From NCBI RefSeq assembly GCF_009914755.1, contig NC_060926.1: DNA of 64,000 nt. One strand, written 5' to 3'. The notes under the pieces are model-generated. The model ran no database searches. It was not told the DNA's origin and saw only the letters and a program-made list of their open reading frames with translations. Positions 57,028 to 64,000 of the stretch are shown here, piece after piece. The DNA comes from the human T2T-CHM13v2.0 reference genome, Homo sapiens. The position numbers and the translations under genes were made by a program. The first letter of the stretch is position 1, and every line of letters begins with the position of its first letter.

Positions 57028-57077
57028 AGCTCTTCAGAAACCAGGCTGCTTTCAGGAACATTGCTGTGGATTCCCAG
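57028..57077 (+). other. SPATS2L: Exon 2 (50 nt; 5'UTR in main isoforms, coding SSSETRLLSGTLLWIP in the extended isoform)
   Basis: Acceptor atttccatttttcctag|AGC, candidate branch points (ctaat ~56982, ctgac ~56999), donor CAG|gtgagt; sequence recalled as SPATS2L 5'UTR. Confidence 0.85.
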
Positions 57078-59139
57078 GTGAGTAGAGATGGTCCTTCCCT
57101 CTCTGTGACCTCCTCCTGCTGCCATGGCCAGCTGTCCCTACACCTGCAGCTGCCTCCTGGGAGCCTTGTCACAGCCTTTGGCCGCCTCTGCTGCCTCTCA
57201 GGGCTCAACACCAGAGTTCTCTTTTAGAGTGTGTTGACTGAAGTTATTCCTGATAGGGCAGTGGGGTCTGGTGGATGTAAGTCAGTGCCACCCCACCCAC
57301 ATCCCCCTTCCCCACCTGCCTTGCCACGTCTGTGGATCTTTAGAGTAGTTTCATGCATATGAAATACTTTGAAGTACCAAAAAAAAAAAAATAGGGCTTT
57401 TAAAGACATTCTTGTGATTTAGAAAAGAATTATGGCTAAGAGTGGTGGGCTCTGGAGCCAGACTGCCTGGCTTTCCCTCCTCACAGTGATAGCCACTTTT
57501 GCTCTCACTGTCCTTCTTATTGAAGAATGTGCTCCCACGATTGCAGAAGTCTGACTTGGAATTGACAGTGCTCAGTCAGCATTGAGTGGGAGTAGGACAC
57601 AGACTCCTGAGCCAGACAGCCTGGCTCTGCATCCTGCCTCTGCTGCCTAATAATCGTGCAGTCTTCGCATGTCACTTACTTTTCTGAGCCTTGGTTTCCT
57701 CTTCTTTAAGATGGGGTAATTATACCCATCTTGCAGAATTGTCAAGATGTTTTCAAGCTCATGTATGCAAGGCAAACTTACACAAAATTGATATTCAATA
57801 AAACAGTAACCAAAGATCATCCTTGGTCCAGACCCTGTTAAATAATCATAAATTCCAAATTGAGGTAGTCCAAATTAATGAAGTCTTATTGCCTCCTGGA
57901 TATTTCCATTAATGTTTAATATAAACTTGATTCTTTTTCCATAAATGTAAAACTTTTGTGGTAAGATGATTGTAACTTTTTGAAAAGAGCCATAAATATT
58001 GGTGGGAGTTGGTTGTTTTCCATGAATAGAATCGAATATTTTACTTCCTCATATTTGAATCACAATGAAAGCACTTTCAGTTGTTCAAAGAGAATTAATA
58101 TAGAAACAACTGTTGATTTTCTGTCTTTCTGTCTCCATACACATGTCTGCATGCACAGGCGCACACACTGCTTAGTTTTCCTTTGGTTAGGCAGCTGAAG
58201 AGTTACTATGTAGATCCTGGCAGCCTTCTACCCATCAGACAAGCAAGGGCACAATCAATTCCTGTTTTCTTGAAACGTATACCAAATAATCAGAAACTCT
58301 GATTATTCTGCTGGAAGGCAACAGCTTGATGGAAAGATGTACCAATTGAAAACAATTCTGATCATATTTTTGTCAGGAGAATGAGATGCCTCCAGCTGCC
58401 TGTCACTAATCATATTAGAGGTGGAAAGCAGGAATGTTTTACCCTGCAAAAGATTACTCTAATCATGTGTTGGAATGCTACTTGTACTGGCTGCTTATCC
58501 CAGAACGGTGACATTAGACATCCCTTCTGTAACTGGTCTTGCCAGTTGGTAGTAGTCTAAACCATATGCCACATGAGCACACTTTAGGAATTTTCTAATT
58601 ACAGCTCAAAGGCTTTACTTTTATCTTTTTATGCTTGTACTGCAGACATCAGTGATTGAAAATGATTTCCCCCTCAGCATAATCCTATTGCCAGCAGTTA
58701 TGAAAGACTAGGAAGATGGTAAATGAAGCCCACAATAACTGAAGAGGTGTCCGAATTCAATTATGAAGAGGCCTGTCCCATGTGGACACATAAGCCATAT
58801 AAATCCATTTTAATTGTGAGCTGTGATGCTTATCTGATTATGTTTATTTTCGATGCAAGTGCCAAAGCTGGATTTAGACCAGAATTCCAGATCTTCAAGT
58901 TCTAATGACTAATTTGGGTATCCACTGAATCCCTTAATTCATTTCTTAATTTGTTCTCCCAGAATTAGAGAGTTGCTTGGTTACAGTCATTTTCACAAAT
59001 TTCTCATGGATCAAAATAAATGTACATAGATGTTTTTCCCCCTAGGATTCACACATTTTGCTCTGATCTCAAGGAACTATTCTTGTTGTTATCAAAATAA
59101 CAATAACAGTGCCAACAATAACAACAAAACTAACATTCT

Positions 59140-59400
59140 GCAAGGTAGTGTAGGGAATATAGACCGAGGCTCCAGGAGGAATGATTTTGAGTCGCACCTC
59201 AGCTACTTAACAGCAGTGGGACCTTGGTCAAGTTAGTCCCCCTCTCTGTGCCTCAATTTCTTCTTGTAAAATGGGACAAATGAGAGTATTCACCTCATTG
59301 GGTTGTTTTGATGATGATTAAACAAGCCCATATATGGAAAGTATAGGTAGGTTGATATGTGGAAAGTCCTGGCACAATAAAAAATGTTAGTTATTTTGTT
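59140..59400 (+). mobile_element. MIR
   Basis: ccttggtcaagttag...ctctctgtgcctcaatttc...tgtaaaatggg. Confidence 0.75.
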
Positions 59401-59700
59401 GTTATTGGTAAGACAGTGGTCGACCAGAGGCAGATTTTGCTCGTACCACAGTATTGTCATCTAAGTATGTCCCATTTCTACGGTCCACTTGGAGAACATT
59501 TATGATGGTAATGAAAACACTGGAGACTCTGAATTTGGAATCAATCTCTGTTATTTGTGCTTGTACTCCTTAGTTTGGCTACAGAAATAACATTTTTTGG
59601 CTTTCCAGGCTTGATCAGTATTGAACTTGGAACCCTTTTGGTGCAAAATTGCTTTAAAATTTGAATGAACATTTTGTTCTCTTGGTATGCACAATATTAG

Positions 59701-60198
<498 letters not shown>

Positions 60199-60363
60199 TA
60201 GGAGTGAAAGTCTACTGAGAGAATAAATCTAGTAATTTAATGAACTTTCTTCATAGCTTCATAAGAGTTAGTTAATTATGATTTCTTAATTCATTGCCCA
60301 AAGAATGAATTACTGGAATTCATTATATTTTTTTTTTGAAAAAAAAAAACTAAGTTAGCTGCC

Positions 60364-60396
<33 letters not shown>

Positions 60397-60588
60397 CTAT
60401 GTATTCTAGAGAAATATATATTATATGCATCCAGAGATGTGTAAAATATTCTCTATCAGTAGGAGAATAGATTAATAAATTGTGGTGTAATCATATGCTA
60501 GAATACTATACAGCAGTAAAAAAATGAACTAGAGCTGTACACAATAACATGGATATATCCCACAGACATGATGTTGAAAGACAGATAT

Positions 60589-60903
60589 GGCCTGGGTTTG
60601 TTAGCTCATGCCTGTAATACCAGCCCTTTGGGAGGCCAAGGCTGGGGGGTTGTTTGAGCCCAGGAGTTCAAGACCAGCCTGGGGAACATGGTGAATCTCT
60701 TTTCTACAAATACAAAAAAAAAACACCTTAGCTGGGTGTGGTGGTGTGTGCCTGTAGTCCCAGCTGTTTGGGAGGCTGAGGTGGGAGGATCAGTTGAGCC
60801 CAGGAAGGAAAGACTGCAGTGAGCCAAGATCACACTACTGCACTCCAGCCTGGGTGACAGGACAAGACCCTGTCTCAAAAAAAAAGAGAGAGAGAGAAAG
60901 AAA
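60589..60903 (+). mobile_element. AluJ-like element
   Basis: Dimer with A/(GA)n tail. Confidence 0.9.
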
Positions 60904-61072
60904 AGACACAAGATTACATAGCAGTCTTTTTTTTTTTTTAGGTTTTTATTATTGTCTTTATTTTATTGAGACATGATATTTTATATATTTATGGGTTACA
61001 TATGAGTGTTTGTTACATGTGTAGAATATGTAGTGATCAAGTTGGGAGTTTGGGGTACAAGGGTTTTTTAAA

Positions 61073-63131
<2,059 letters not shown>

Positions 63132-63292
63132 TTAATGAGTTATAGTAATAATTTAAAAAGTTAAAAAGATAAAGTAACTATCTCTTTGGCCTGGCTTAGT
63201 TCACACCTTGTGTTCACACCTGATTTTAGTTCTAGAGATTTCTGTGATTATAACTGGCTTTTAGAAGTGAACGACTGTGTCACTGCATGGCA

Positions 63293-63400
63293 AAGTGGTC
63301 TCCAAAGTGGGATATGCACCCCAGGGAGCACTTGAGAAGACTCATTTGGGTAGGAAAAGAAATTGATTAGGACTTGCATTTACATTCATTTTGTTATCAT
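63293..63400. mobile_element. Possible hAT-Charlie-type DNA transposon end (may extend to the window end)
   Basis: agtggtctccaaagtggg...caccccaggg resembles a Charlie/MER terminus. Confidence 0.4.
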
Positions 63401-64000
63401 GAAACATTATGGTAACTGATGGCAACTGTATTGACATTGGCACCATCCTTGAGTCCACATATCTGGGTGGTTAGGTATTGCCTGGGGCATAGGCGAAGTC
63501 TCCTGAGCAAAGAATGGGAGTGCCCAGCTCAGGGGCTTCCTAGTGGCTTCCCCACTGTTCCATCTGTCTTTGTTATATTGTGAAATATATTGTGCCTAGT
63601 TAACTGGATTTACAAATTCTATATTTTAGTTTTAACAAAACCTCACAAACTAGCAGAATTTTTAAAAGATTCTGGAAAGAATTCTCGTAAGTTGAAGACA
63701 ATTTTAATATTGCAAGCAAAAAAAGAATGGCAAAGCTTTGCATGAACTTTTTGTCAGCCACGTTATGAGTTAATGACAGGGACCACTGAATCAAATCTGG
63801 CAAGAAGCTGGCCATGAAAATTTTATGATACCTGGAAAACTAAGGGATTTATATTCACCTTGTTTAATCATGAACTTCGTCCTGTTCGTATTGCCTTGAG
63901 ATATTATGATTAGAAAACATTGTATTCATTCTGTCATCCTTTTTCCATGTTTTATAAGGTATATAACATATTAATACAATAATACATGTATATGAATTTT

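Overview
Primate (human-like) genomic DNA: AT-rich, dense in Alu, L1, L2, MIR, LTR and DNA-transposon fossils, with one CpG island at ~33.6-35.45 kb. From memory I recognise the island and a 50-nt exon at 57028-57077 as the 5' end of SPATS2L on the + strand; this is not database-verified. Visible are two first-exon donors in the island (34198, 34519), a third candidate first exon with its own ATG (36671-36688), and the shared exon 2. The main CDS lies beyond the window. Positions 1-33.5 kb are upstream flank and 35.5-64 kb is mostly intron. Nearly all ORFs in the track are repeat-derived or GC-rich artefacts. I found no prokaryotic-type system, RNA gene array or CRISPR, and no clearly new biological system. 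The strongest unexplained structures are an L1PA insertion with an apparent 3' transduction inside one perfect TSD, several locally templated or inverted insertion scars, an ancient duplicated LTR33/LTR16 junction, a ~40-nt retro-insertion, a splice-donor switch between N-terminal extension and uORF, and inverted Alu pairs around exon 2. Repeat subfamily names are recalled from consensus sequences and boundaries are approximate unless a TSD is quoted.
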